Origin: Methanotrichaceae archaeon
GTDB taxonomy: Archaea > Halobacteriota > Methanosarcinia > Methanotrichales > Methanotrichaceae
Length of the DNA stretch: 64,000 nucleotides
Direction: 5' to 3'
Assembly (NCBI GenBank): GCA_963748825.1
Contig: CAVVKN010000010.1
Span: forward strand, 96,001 to 160,000
The notes beneath the pieces were generated by a model. The model was given only the letters and a program-made list of their open reading frames with translations, did no database searches and was not told the DNA's origin. Below, in pieces: positions 29,903-39,992 of this stretch. The first letter of the stretch is position 1, and each line of letters begins with the position of its first letter. A program made the position numbers and the translations under genes.

Positions 29903-30487
29903 ATGCATCTATTTACAGGGAGTAGTAAGTTGATGGAAGAGAACGATCAGGAGTTTTTGCGCGCGCTTCATGAAGAGAAAATAAGAACGCAAAACGAGCG
30001 CACACAGCTCGTCACTATGAAACTGGCCTTTATTACCGTCCTCTTCGGGCTCAGCTCCGTGAACGTAGGAATCGATATCTCTGACATATTCTGGCTCCTT
30101 TACTTTGTTCCACTCGTAGCCATAAGCTACGATCTCTACATTATGTCTGCCGACTCTCGGATCAAGCGCGTAGGAATCTTTCTAGGCAGAAATCCGATCT
30201 CTTTGGCCGGCAAGGCGGAAAGGGAATGGGAACGCTTTTGCGCCTCTTATCGGGATGGTATGGCACCTTCTGCCAATTTGTTCTTCTCAACCATTGTAAC
30301 CTTAGGCGCCGCGGCCTTTATCCACTCCCAAGGAAGCTGGTGTGTGAGATTTATGCGGCTTTGGTTTGCCGTCTGGCTGGTCGTCTCTCTGACGGCCATT
30401 ATCGTCCTGTGGATAAGGCATCAGATGCTCATTAAGAATATCGGCGACTACAAGCCTTTTGAAAGAGAGAGACGAGCAGGCCAATGA
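29903..30487 (+). CDS. Hypothetical membrane protein (about 4 TM)
   Basis: Four hydrophobic segments; start probably 29933. Confidence 0.65.
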   Translation: MHLFTGSSKLMEENDQEFLRALHEEKIRTQNERTQLVTMKLAFITVLFGLSSVNVGIDISDIFWLLYFVPLVAISYDLYIMSADSRIKRVGIFLGRNPISLAGKAEREWERFCASYRDGMAPSANLFFSTIVTLGAAAFIHSQGSWCVRFMRLWFAVWLVVSLTAIIVLWIRHQMLIKNIGDYKPFERERRAGQ

Positions 30488-30627
30488 ACTGATGTGTTCT
30501 TTTTTTCGCTTCTTTTTCAAATCAAGGAAACCTTAATTAAAGCCTATGATCAAGATGATGAGATACAATTTCCGCAGTCGAACGCAAAATCGCAAAAATT
30601 CAATATTCAAGATTGGTGGAATTTCTA

Positions 30628-31461
30628 ATGACGATAACGGAAAAAGAGATCAAGAGAGCTGTAAAAGAAGGTTATGCCCGAATTGCAAAGCAGGCTACGT
30701 CTTATTATTCGTCCCGAAGCTGCTGTGGCTGCGACGATATTCCTGAAGAGATAAGCAAGAGGATGGGCTATTCTGATGAGGAGATCTCGGCCGCTCCCCC
30801 GGAATCGAACATGGGACTTGGCTGCGGCAATCCCGTTGCCCTGGCATCCTTGATAGAGGGAGAGGTCGTTTTAGACATGGGCGCAGGAGCGGGATTTGAT
30901 TGCTTCCTGGCCTCCTCTCGGGTGGGTGCATCGGGAATGGTCATCGGCGTGGATATCACATCGGAAATGGTCGATCGCGCCAGGGCAAACGCCCGCAAAG
31001 GCGGATATACCAATATTGATTTTCGGCAAGGGGACCTGGAGAACATGCCCGTGGCGGACAGGTATGTGGATGTGGTCATCTCCAATTGCGTCATCAATCT
31101 CGTTCCCAACAAGAATATGGTCTTCAGAGAGGCCTTCCGGGTGCTCAAGCCCGGTGGAAGGCTGGCGGTCTCGGATGTGGTATTGACCAAAGAGCTGCCC
31201 GAGTTCGTGAAGAGGTCCAGCAAAGCCTACATCGGCTGCCTGGCCGGGGCTATTATGAAGGACGAATATCTGAAGATCATAAAAAGTGTGGGCTTTTCCG
31301 AGATTAATGTGGTGGCCGAGTCGAGCTTTCCCGTAGAATCGCTCCTCTGTGAGACAGCCGGATCGGCAGTGATTGAGATGCCCAGTATCTCCGCAGAGCA
31401 GCAAAAGGAAGTGGCTGATTCGGTCTTGAGCATAAAGGTCAATGCCATCAAGCCCAAGTAG
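30628..31461 (+). CDS. arsM: Arsenite S-adenosylmethionine methyltransferase
   Basis: SCCG, GLGCGNP, LDMGAGAGFD, ISNCVINL, GCLAGA. Confidence 0.88.
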   Translation: MTITEKEIKRAVKEGYARIAKQATSYYSSRSCCGCDDIPEEISKRMGYSDEEISAAPPESNMGLGCGNPVALASLIEGEVVLDMGAGAGFDCFLASSRVGASGMVIGVDITSEMVDRARANARKGGYTNIDFRQGDLENMPVADRYVDVVISNCVINLVPNKNMVFREAFRVLKPGGRLAVSDVVLTKELPEFVKRSSKAYIGCLAGAIMKDEYLKIIKSVGFSEINVVAESSFPVESLLCETAGSAVIEMPSISAEQQKEVADSVLSIKVNAIKPK

Positions 31462-31494
31462 CTGTAAAATGTCCGCGGTTTGCTAACAGCTGCT

Positions 31495-31630
31495 ACAAAG
31501 CAACAGAGGCGAGAGAGACAAAGAGAGAACGAAAAACCTGAGGGGGGCGCGGAGAATGAAGGAAGAATCGCTCTGCACCTCTGTAATCCAGTGGTTTATG
31601 ATTTTCAACGCAAAGGCACAAAGACGTTAC
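31495..31630. repeat. Degenerate copy of the cacagag/ctctgtg palindromic repeat family
   Basis: caacagaggcgagagag ... ctctgcacctctgtaatccagtggtt ... aacgcaaaggcacaaag downstream of arsM. Confidence 0.4.
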
Positions 31631-31749
31631 GACGGGCTTTGTGTCCCAGGAATAACCTCCAGAGTCTGTCGTCCACCATCTAAAACAGCTTTAGCGGTTC
31701 CTGGTTGTGATAATCGTATGATTAATATTTAATATAAGGGTGACGAGAG

Positions 31750-32811
31750 ATGTTTTCAATGAAGATCAGTTCACTATTCTTTTTGGCTATTATCATAGCA
31801 GCATCTGCAATAACCCAATGGGTAGATGGAGCCCCCTGTTCAGCGGGAGGTTGCAGTGGGGGCGGAGAATCCTGGACGGAATCGGCTCAGGCCTTCATGA
31901 ACTCCGATGTTCCCCTTGTGGGTGTAACCGGAGATCAGAACACAAAGTCGAGCATTGATAGTTCCGGAAGCTTCCCGGCTGGCCAGCCAGTGGGCGGAGT
32001 CATAAACAAAACCGTCAACAGCACAATTCCCAGTTCAGTTGCAAGCGTCAGTGGGGTGTATGCGACGCCCGGCAGCAGGGCCGATCTATTCCAGTCACCT
32101 GGGATGCTCAAGTCCCTGGACGCCATCTCAAAGAAGGATGTGGTGCTGGATGTATCCAGCCGCCGATCCCCCGGCGAGGCTCACATCAGAGGCGGCGTTC
32201 ATATTCCTGCGAAGAGCTTTTTTTATGAAAATGGAACGCTGCGCAGTGTTTCGGAGCTGGCCGCGATTCTAGGCAAAGCGGGAATCTCCAGCGAAGATGC
32301 CGTGATGGTCTACAGCGATTCTTTTAGCTCGGGAGAGGCAACGGCTGTCCTCTGCATGCTGCGCTACCTGGGTCAGGAGGACGCGAGAGCCTTGGATGGC
32401 GGACTGGACAACTGGATCGCGGCCAGCCTTCCTTTGGAGACGAAGGAGAACGTGCGCTCCCCTGTCAGCTACGCTGCGCGTCCTCGAGCGGATCTTTTGG
32501 CAGATTATGATTTTGTCAAGTCCGGCCAGGCTCAGATGGTGGATGCCAGGAGCTTTCAGGAGTATGGCAAGGCCAGAATAGGTAATGCCACCTTTATCAG
32601 CCCCGAAAATTTGCTGGAAGAGGGCAGGCTGAAGCCGGGGGCGGGGCTAAAGGATACCTTCGCCAGATTGAACGCCAGCAGGACGGTGGTGGTTTACTCG
32701 GACGATATTTATGGGGCTTCTGTGGTGTGGTTTGCTCTGCAGCTCATGGGATTCGATGCCAGGATTTATAGGTGGCAAGACTGGCAGGCCCATGAGGAGG
32801 AAAAGGCCTAG
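31750..32811 (+). CDS. Secreted tandem-rhodanese (sulfurtransferase-fold) protein lacking an obvious catalytic Cys
   Basis: Signal peptide; HIRGGVHIP, LGKAGIS, ALDGGLDNW, VDARS, ARIY..W. Confidence 0.8.
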   Translation: MFSMKISSLFFLAIIIAASAITQWVDGAPCSAGGCSGGGESWTESAQAFMNSDVPLVGVTGDQNTKSSIDSSGSFPAGQPVGGVINKTVNSTIPSSVASVSGVYATPGSRADLFQSPGMLKSLDAISKKDVVLDVSSRRSPGEAHIRGGVHIPAKSFFYENGTLRSVSELAAILGKAGISSEDAVMVYSDSFSSGEATAVLCMLRYLGQEDARALDGGLDNWIAASLPLETKENVRSPVSYAARPRADLLADYDFVKSGQAQMVDARSFQEYGKARIGNATFISPENLLEEGRLKPGAGLKDTFARLNASRTVVVYSDDIYGASVVWFALQLMGFDARIYRWQDWQAHEEEKA

Positions 32812-33199
32812 AGAGCCGGAGCCTGGCGGATGAGAGGCGCGCCATAATTTTCTTCTTTCTTTATTGCCAACATCGTATTTCCGCCGGATGCGGCTGGTTT
32901 GGTTTTATCATGAAATAGATTCTAATAATTAGATTCTAATAGTATGAGTGCTACTACTACGATAAGTACGCAATTAGTATAGGAGGCAAAAAAGGCATGT
33001 AAGCCAAAATTCTCAAAGGCTTCAAGTATGGCAGCGTGTCCGATCCGCAGAAAATGACCGCCGGAAATATCGTGGATATGAGCAGTTTTTCCGAATCAAA
33101 TATCAAAAAGTGGATAGAGCTCAAGTGGATCGAGGTAGTAGAGTAGAACAGTCTGGCGGATTCATAGATTTGACCGAAATTAAAGGTGGCATCATTCAG

Positions 33200-33345
33200 A
33201 ATTGTCCTGGAAGATGTAGTGCTGGACATATCGAGTCGCCAATCCTCCGGCGAGGCTCATATCAGAAGCGACGAACACTTTCCAGCGAAGTGCTTTCTTT
33301 ATTTTTTTTCTTTTGCCATCATCGCATTTTCGTCGGGTGCAAACA
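33200..33345 (+). pseudogene. Degenerate partial duplicate of the adjacent rhodanese gene and its 3' flank
   Basis: EDVVLDISSRQSSGEAHIRSDEHFPAK resembles KDVVLDVSSRRSPGEAHIRGGVHIPAK; then ttgccatcatcgcattttcgtcgggtgc resembles about 32864-32891. Confidence 0.6.
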
Positions 33346-33415
33346 CTGAATCTTTATTGATAAAAAAAGTTGCAGAGGGGGCCTATCTGGCCCCATAATG
33401 TCCAATTCCTTGTTT

Positions 33416-36400
33416 TCAGTGCACCCTCCTGCGATAGAGATAGCCTGCCAACGATATTCCTATAGTTGCGAAGAGCGCCTCGAATCCTGGAGCTTCTTTT
33501 TTAGGTTCTGCGGCAGATTTCGAAGCCGTGACCGGCATATTTCCAGTTCCAGACACTATGTTGATCTCATGTTCCGGGAGAACGAGCGTCCTGTTCATGC
33601 CCATTTCATCTGTGTAATTTACATAGGAATTCAGCCTAGGCTGGTTTACGTCCGCTGGCAGCTTCCAGCAGAATACCGCCTGGAAATCAGTGCTCCAGCA
33701 TCCGGAAAGATCTCCAATATCCCAGGTGATAGTAGTGGTGGTCCAGTCCTTGCTGTCTTCGTTAAGACGTACCCGCCCCTCATCATCTGTTGCCGTGCTG
33801 TTGAGCAGAGCCAGATAGTTGGGCAGAACATCAACCAGGTGCACGTTCTTAATCAACGATCCTGCCGTGGCCGTCTTGACGAGTGCTTCACCAAGCTCAG
33901 AGAGATCCTTGAGCGGAATGACATAACCCTTATGCTTTCTTGTCAGGTCATTGAGCATAACGGAGGCGTTTGTCTCTTTACTATCACCTACTACTATGGC
34001 GAATATGGAATATCCAGATAGATCCATATCTGCGAGATTTGGTCTTGCGTACCCGCTATCGTTGGCATCGGTGATGATAACGATCTTCTTTTCCTTTCCA
34101 CCAATGATTCCAGCTTCTCCAAAGGCCTGCACAGACTTGCTTAGCCCGATCTCGTATTTGGTGAAATTGCCTTCAGCGAACTTTATCTCAGAAGCTCTGG
34201 CCGCAACTTCAGTGTAGTTATCAATGAGAGGCACCTCTATGCCGCTGTTCTTTTCATCGCTCCATGAGACCAGGCCGATCCTTGTCACATGGTTCTTGTC
34301 ATTTGCGGCAATGTCTTCCGCAAGTTTATGGACTCCATCGACTGCCGACTCGCGCAGATTGCTGATGCTGGGCGAGTTGTCGACCGCAATCACAATATCG
34401 GTGGGAATGGCGGCAATTTCCCCAATGGAACGGGACGGGCAGATAGTGATATTATAATCGACAACATTGCCGTTCTCCCGGTCAATATTCTCGGTAGAGA
34501 GATCGCTAACTTCCTTAGTCACTTTGATATCACTATCGCTGCTGATAGGCGTCTTCTCCGTGCCTGTGATTCGATGGCAACGTAGGCAGTAGTAGTTGCC
34601 AAAGGACTGGTTTATGCTGGCTCCAATGCTTAAGCCGACCCTTCTGGTAATGGACGTGGTGTTCAGCCAGCCTTCAACCAGGTTTTCAGTTATGGTGTAG
34701 GCTCCTGGAGTCAGCCTTTCCAAAGCAGTGATTCCATCCGCGTTGGTGGGGCTTGCCGTAACTACACTGCCGTTGGGGCATCTGACCATGAAATTCCAGC
34801 CAGGCAGTCCGCTTTCGCCCGTATCGTATATTCCGTTTCTGTTTGTATCATTGAACTTGAAGATCTCAAGCCTGCTCGATTTGACATTGCCGAAAGGCGG
34901 CACAACAACATCTTCACCCGAGTTGAGATCTACAGAAACTGCCAGAGGCGTTGTGTTGATCCAGCCACTTTGCAGAACCTCAGTTATGATGTATCTTCCC
35001 GGCACCAGTCCTTTTGCAGTAGTCATGCCCTCAATATTGGTAGGATCTGTAGTGATTGTTCTGCCGTCCGGACCCTCGATATTGAAACTCCAGCCCGGCA
35101 AACCCTCTTCGTTACCATCTTGCTTGCGATTCAGATTTGTGTCGTTGAACTTCTTGAAGATGAGACTGTTGACACTATTGCCGAAGACTACTTCGTTTGG
35201 CAATTTGCTCGATATTTGAACCGGGTGAGGGTTCAGAGTGGTGCAAATCCATCCAGGCTTTGAATCCTTTGATATATCTTCAGTGACTATGTATTTGCCC
35301 GGGATAAGATCATTTACATAGGCAATTCCCTCGGCATTGGTTGTACCGACTTTATTGATGCCTTCCGGTCCTTCTACGATAAATTTCCAATCTGAAAGTC
35401 CACGTTCTATTGGAATGCCTCTTGCATCTAAGTCACGTCTGCCATTCCTGTTCAGATCCTCAAACTTGATAATTCGCATGCTTAGCAATTGTTCGTTGAC
35501 AAATCGAACCGTAGCTACCTCACCAGGCAGCAGTTTTACAGTCTGAACGATATCGGTTTTTGCTCTCCAACTCCCTGGTAGATTGCCTGGAAGTATCTCC
35601 TCAATTTCATATTCCCCCGGAAGCAGATTGCTAACCGTAATTACTCCGTTATCATCAGTAGGATCTGTTGGGTTATTTAGGTCCCGATCTGGCCCACTTA
35701 TCATGAAAGTCAATCCGTTAACCGGCTGTCCTTCAGAATCCATCTTGATGATCTTAATGGTTCCCGTCTTTGCATTCTTTGCCCGTACTGGGGGATTCTC
35801 GCCTGGTTTTATAGTCACCTTATTTGGCGTGATAGACATGAGTTTCCATCCGGGCTGTGCAATTTCTTCTATCCCATATTTTCCCACAGGCAATCCAATC
35901 CACGTTGCCTTTCCTGAACCATCTGTAGGTCCAATTGGGAAGGTACCTTGTCCTTCTTGTCCTTTAGCGATGAAAGACCAGCCGGACATTGTACGATTTT
36001 CAGAATCAACCTTAGTGATTGTTAACACATTAGGAATATTATTAATTACCTTTTCCACAGTTTTTCCCGAATCAATTTTTATCTCCTTCAAAGGGGCTAT
36101 ATAGACCCAACCCTCTTTTGGGACTTCTGTAAGGTCGTATGTTCCGGGACGGAGATCTGTAAAAATGGCCTTGCCGAATCTATCTGTAATTTGTGATTGG
36201 TTAACATTCTTTTCGGGAATCTCTTTCGGTCCTTCTGCCCAGAATGTCCATCCTGACAAGTCCTCTTTCCATCCATCCGTTTCTTTCTGTATCTTTAATA
36301 TTCCCGGTTTTTTAACTTTTATTTCGATAATATGCGTTTCATTTATTAATTTGGTTTCATCCTTTGCATTAGCTGTGATTTCCACATAGTCAGTTCCCTC

Positions 36401-36805
36401 ATTTTGTTCCTGACTCAGGTATAAAGAAATATCTGTATCATTTTCATAAAATTCTGTAGAATTTTTTGGAGGGATCCAGTATGTTCTATAAGGTCCTTTA
36501 TCTCCAGAAGCATATGTTTTCAGGGAAGCATTATTTATGAAGGCGTCTTGTCCAGATGAGTTTATCGTCCAAGATACAGTTACGCCCTCAATGGGCATAT
36601 AGAAGGACTGAGGCTGACCATTTAGGTCTGTGGTATTTACAGACCAAACCCAAGCATTCTTGTTTTCTTGTTGTGTCATCGCACTTGAGATAAAAACGCC
36701 TCCAACTATTGCTATAATTGCTATGATTCGCAATAGTGACATTAAGTTCAAATCTTTGAAAGTAGATCTTATGATACGATCAATCTCTATGATAATCCCT
36801 CCCAT
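33416..36805 (-). CDS. Large cell-surface adhesin: Cna-B/SpaA/SdrD-like repeats + vWA domain + PGF-CTERM
   Basis: About six repeats of KxxK..GWxF..T...G......L.PG.Y...E; KFNDTNRNG; MIDAS DNSPS; C-terminal APGF-hydrophobic-RRR. Confidence 0.85.
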   Translation of the reverse strand: MGGIIIEIDRIIRSTFKDLNLMSLLRIIAIIAIVGGVFISSAMTQQENKNAWVWSVNTTDLNGQPQSFYMPIEGVTVSWTINSSGQDAFINNASLKTYASGDKGPYRTYWIPPKNSTEFYENDTDISLYLSQEQNEGTDYVEITANAKDETKLINETHIIEIKVKKPGILKIQKETDGWKEDLSGWTFWAEGPKEIPEKNVNQSQITDRFGKAIFTDLRPGTYDLTEVPKEGWVYIAPLKEIKIDSGKTVEKVINNIPNVLTITKVDSENRTMSGWSFIAKGQEGQGTFPIGPTDGSGKATWIGLPVGKYGIEEIAQPGWKLMSITPNKVTIKPGENPPVRAKNAKTGTIKIIKMDSEGQPVNGLTFMISGPDRDLNNPTDPTDDNGVITVSNLLPGEYEIEEILPGNLPGSWRAKTDIVQTVKLLPGEVATVRFVNEQLLSMRIIKFEDLNRNGRRDLDARGIPIERGLSDWKFIVEGPEGINKVGTTNAEGIAYVNDLIPGKYIVTEDISKDSKPGWICTTLNPHPVQISSKLPNEVVFGNSVNSLIFKKFNDTNLNRKQDGNEEGLPGWSFNIEGPDGRTITTDPTNIEGMTTAKGLVPGRYIITEVLQSGWINTTPLAVSVDLNSGEDVVVPPFGNVKSSRLEIFKFNDTNRNGIYDTGESGLPGWNFMVRCPNGSVVTASPTNADGITALERLTPGAYTITENLVEGWLNTTSITRRVGLSIGASINQSFGNYYCLRCHRITGTEKTPISSDSDIKVTKEVSDLSTENIDRENGNVVDYNITICPSRSIGEIAAIPTDIVIAVDNSPSISNLRESAVDGVHKLAEDIAANDKNHVTRIGLVSWSDEKNSGIEVPLIDNYTEVAARASEIKFAEGNFTKYEIGLSKSVQAFGEAGIIGGKEKKIVIITDANDSGYARPNLADMDLSGYSIFAIVVGDSKETNASVMLNDLTRKHKGYVIPLKDLSELGEALVKTATAGSLIKNVHLVDVLPNYLALLNSTATDDEGRVRLNEDSKDWTTTTITWDIGDLSGCWSTDFQAVFCWKLPADVNQPRLNSYVNYTDEMGMNRTLVLPEHEINIVSGTGNMPVTASKSAAEPKKEAPGFEALFATIGISLAGYLYRRRVH

Positions 36806-36983
36806 CGTTGTAATAATAGCTTATTGCCGCTCATACGGTAAGATATAAAAGAGTTTCCGATAACCTATTTATTTATAAATATTTTAAATGAAAGCAGCAA
36901 AGTAATGGTTCATGATATTTGATCACAAGATAAATGACTTTCAAAAATTAAGATATTTTCAAACTCAGATGATAAAGATTAAA

Positions 36984-38342
36984 TCATTCTCCCTCATACC
37001 TCACCAGCCCGTCCCACCCCTCTCCATGAAACTTCGCGAAGATTCCCACGTCGCCCTTCCCGGCAGTCGCATTCCCTTCAAACAGATCCCCTCGCGACGC
37101 AAGATTTGTCCATTCGTCCCCGCACACCACAGAAACATTCTCGGCACCCAGAACCCTGATCCGGAACAAGTAGCTCGACCCGACCAACAGCCTGCCCTCC
37201 AGGGGGCTGAAGAGATAGGCCCCTGCTTCGCTGAACTTTCCGTAAACCATGGGAAAACCGGGGCTCTCTTTATCACCCGAGGAGGCATTGATCCTATATT
37301 CTAAAACGGAGTTGTACTCGCCCGGCTCGTCCTTCTGCTTGGCATACGCCTTCAGAATATAGCTTCCTGCGGCAGGAAACTGTGCATAAATATCATATCG
37401 CTCTCCATCTCTCTGGCAAAATGTGTAACCATCCAGTTTTGCCCTGGCTGTTGCCCCGCGGTCCGCATACTCCAGCCCCGCCATCATCAGCATATCCTCT
37501 GGGGCATAGATGGAGACATTGATCTGCTTATCCGCTATTATCGTCCCGTTCTTTTGGCCAAGCTTCAGGCCCAGGTTAAAAAAGTCCGATTCGAGATAGA
37601 CCAGATTCTCAAACTCCTGCTTGGAAACGGGCTCATCGACAAGTTGCCACTGAGTATCCAACGGGAAGTGGCCGTAGATAAACTGGGAGGGGGGCGTCAT
37701 AAAAAAGTGATCGTCGAATTTGCGCACGTATTTCTTATCCCCGCTCACGTACCCCGCCCCCCAGGTCGAGTCGATCAGATACCACGATCCATTTATCTTA
37801 AGGGCATTCCAGGCATGATTGGAGGGACCAGTGAAGTTCTTGCCAGGCATGTAGCCGTACCCCTTTCCGTAGCCTCTGATCCTTACGGTCTCTAGCCCGG
37901 CTTCATTGGCCAAGGAGAGGAAGATATCGGAATAGCCGTAGCAGACCGATTTTCTGCTTTTCAAGACATCCTCAGCATTCGTTGCCCCGGTGCCTCCCTT
38001 GAAAAAAACCTCAACATTGTAGTCGATGTTCTCTGTAATCCACCGGAATATCGCCCTGGCCTTCTCGCGATCATTTTCCGCCGGCTCGATCAAGTAGGCA
38101 GCCAGGCTTTGCACAGAAGCTTCGGCTGAGGGTGGCGCATTCAAAGCATGACGGTCAATTTTCTCATAACTATAATTCAGAGTGGCGTTAAAATCATTGG
38201 GAGCAAATGCTGCTAATCCTTTTTCAGCATCCTTCTCCAGGACACTTGGCGTTTCAGATGTGGCCATCACAGCAAGCGTCTGTAGCATTAGTATGATTAA
38301 AATAATTATTATTCTCATAGACATCTCCCCAGTAAGAATCAA
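36984..38342 (-). CDS. Secreted transglutaminase-like (kyphoscoliosis peptidase-type) protein
   Basis: Signal peptide; ARAIFRWITENIDY, VCYGYS (Cys), NHAWN (His), IDSTWGAG (Asp). Confidence 0.87.
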   Translation of the reverse strand: MILTGEMSMRIIIILIILMLQTLAVMATSETPSVLEKDAEKGLAAFAPNDFNATLNYSYEKIDRHALNAPPSAEASVQSLAAYLIEPAENDREKARAIFRWITENIDYNVEVFFKGGTGATNAEDVLKSRKSVCYGYSDIFLSLANEAGLETVRIRGYGKGYGYMPGKNFTGPSNHAWNALKINGSWYLIDSTWGAGYVSGDKKYVRKFDDHFFMTPPSQFIYGHFPLDTQWQLVDEPVSKQEFENLVYLESDFFNLGLKLGQKNGTIIADKQINVSIYAPEDMLMMAGLEYADRGATARAKLDGYTFCQRDGERYDIYAQFPAAGSYILKAYAKQKDEPGEYNSVLEYRINASSGDKESPGFPMVYGKFSEAGAYLFSPLEGRLLVGSSYLFRIRVLGAENVSVVCGDEWTNLASRGDLFEGNATAGKGDVGIFAKFHGEGWDGLVRYEGE

Positions 38343-38368
38343 AACATAATTGTCCTTCTCTCATCGAA

Positions 38369-38416
38369 CCTTCGCGGCTTCGCGTGAACCGGCATCTTGC
38401 GCGAAGTCGCGAAGGG
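38369..38416. repeat. REP-like GC-rich palindrome
   Basis: ccttcgcggcttcgcg ... cgcgaagtcgcgaagg inverted repeat. Confidence 0.65.
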
Positions 38417-38455
38417 ATCGATAAGCTAATGGGACGAGGAGCAATGACATCGGTT

Positions 38456-38965
38456 TCATTTCAGAATCGCCTGGGCTTCACGCGGGTGCAGAACCTTCGT
38501 CTTGAACTCTTTTGGGATGCGATAAGCCCTTAGAATTCGGTCTGTGGTTATGAAGTAATCCACATCGTAAGCCAGAGCATAGCCCATATGCACCAGGTCT
38601 GCTGGTTTGATTCTTGAATCTTTATAATCGCCATGGTTATACAAATTGTAACAGGTCGCGGCGACTGCTTCGTTGGGGTGAAGAAATGATATTCTCAGGG
38701 CGCTCCAGATATCGATAAGCTCGTGAAGCTCTTCCCGGTTATGCTTTCCCTCCCGGCCCTTCCACTCACCTTCAACGCAGATAATAACTACTTCACCAAG
38801 AACTGAAATCGGGACGCAGAGCGAGATATCAGGATGACCGCTCAAATGAAATAAGAATTTTTTGATGTCATAGGGATTGATATCCCGTTTGGTCAGATTT
38901 TCACTCTTTTGACTGATGGAGAAGAAGAAAATATCCGCGTCAATGGCTGCTCGCAGCATAGCCAT
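38456..38965 (-). CDS. PIN-domain (VapC-like) nuclease/toxin
   Basis: AIDADIF, VLGEV, PADLVH, FITTD acidic tetrad. Confidence 0.75.
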   Translation of the reverse strand: MAMLRAAIDADIFFFSISQKSENLTKRDINPYDIKKFLFHLSGHPDISLCVPISVLGEVVIICVEGEWKGREGKHNREELHELIDIWSALRISFLHPNEAVAATCYNLYNHGDYKDSRIKPADLVHMGYALAYDVDYFITTDRILRAYRIPKEFKTKVLHPREAQAILK

Positions 38966-39168
38966 TACTCTTTTCCAAAGGCCTTTTTTATGCGAGCCAT
39001 CATCTGGTCATGCTCTTCTTTGGAGACTTTCCAGAGGATCTTGCCGTGGATGTCAGTGGCTCCGCCATAAGGCATCTGATTATCATTTAGATCGTAATAT
39101 TGCTCTTGTATCTCTTCGGGAATGAATGACTCCTCCTTTGGATAGATGCATGTTAGCACATCCGGCAA
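38965..39168 (-). CDS. Putative antitoxin (67 aa) coupled to the PIN gene
   Basis: TAATG stop/start overlap with the PIN ORF; small protein. Confidence 0.55.
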   Translation of the reverse strand: MPDVLTCIYPKEESFIPEEIQEQYYDLNDNQMPYGGATDIHGKILWKVSKEEHDQMMARIKKAFGKE

Positions 39169-39230
39169 AACAGAAACCTAAATGATCTGATTCATATTTA
39201 AATTGATCCATAGCTTGAATACAATGATTC

Positions 39231-39974
39231 TTACAGCACGATCTCCATCATGTCGTGGCCCAGCGGCCATTCCTTGAGAGCCATTTCGTGGGGAGGATAA
39301 AGGTGGCTTAAGTGCGTGAGCAGCAGCCGTTTCGCTCCCAGCCGCTCCCCCAAGGCCATGGCTTCGTCTGCCGTCATGTGCTTGCTGATGGTGTAGCCCG
39401 GCGGAGTAATGGCATCCGCCAGCATCAGATCGGCATCCCTCATCAGCTCCAGGCTCTCCTCGGCAATCTCCATCTTGGTGTCGCTGGTAATAACCACCAC
39501 TTTATTGCCGTCGTCAATGCGCACACCCACCGTCTCCGTGGGCGGGTGGTTGACGGGAAAAAGAGTGAACTGCATTCCGGCTATATCGAAGGGCTGATAG
39601 GCTATGGCGTCATGGCGCACAGGATTTAGGAAATAAAGATAGTTGAGTATGTAGTCCATGGTGTTCTTCAGAGCATAGACATCCACATGACTTTGCACCC
39701 GGTGAAAATCCCCAAAGCCGGCATAGTGATCGTAATGGGCATGCGTCCATATCACGCCATCCACACTGGATATGTCCTTCTTTAAAAGCTGCCAGCGCAG
39801 ATCGGGGCTGCTGTCCACCAAAACCCGGCCGTCATCCTCATCCGACTCTATGAGAATGGAAAACCTCATCCTGCGGCTTCTGCCCCCGCGAAGAGCATCC
39901 ATGCAGGCCGGACACTTGCAGCCGATCTTGGGTGTGCCGATGGCGTCGCCCGTGCCCAGGAGCGTGACCTTCAT
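39231..39974 (-). CDS. MBL-fold metallo-hydrolase (PhnP-like)
   Basis: LLGTG..GTP..GCKCPAC, THAHYDH, THLSH. Confidence 0.9.
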   Translation of the reverse strand: MKVTLLGTGDAIGTPKIGCKCPACMDALRGGRSRRMRFSILIESDEDDGRVLVDSSPDLRWQLLKKDISSVDGVIWTHAHYDHYAGFGDFHRVQSHVDVYALKNTMDYILNYLYFLNPVRHDAIAYQPFDIAGMQFTLFPVNHPPTETVGVRIDDGNKVVVITSDTKMEIAEESLELMRDADLMLADAITPPGYTISKHMTADEAMALGERLGAKRLLLTHLSHLYPPHEMALKEWPLGHDMMEIVL

Positions 39975-39992
39975 GCGGTCCTCATGCGGACC

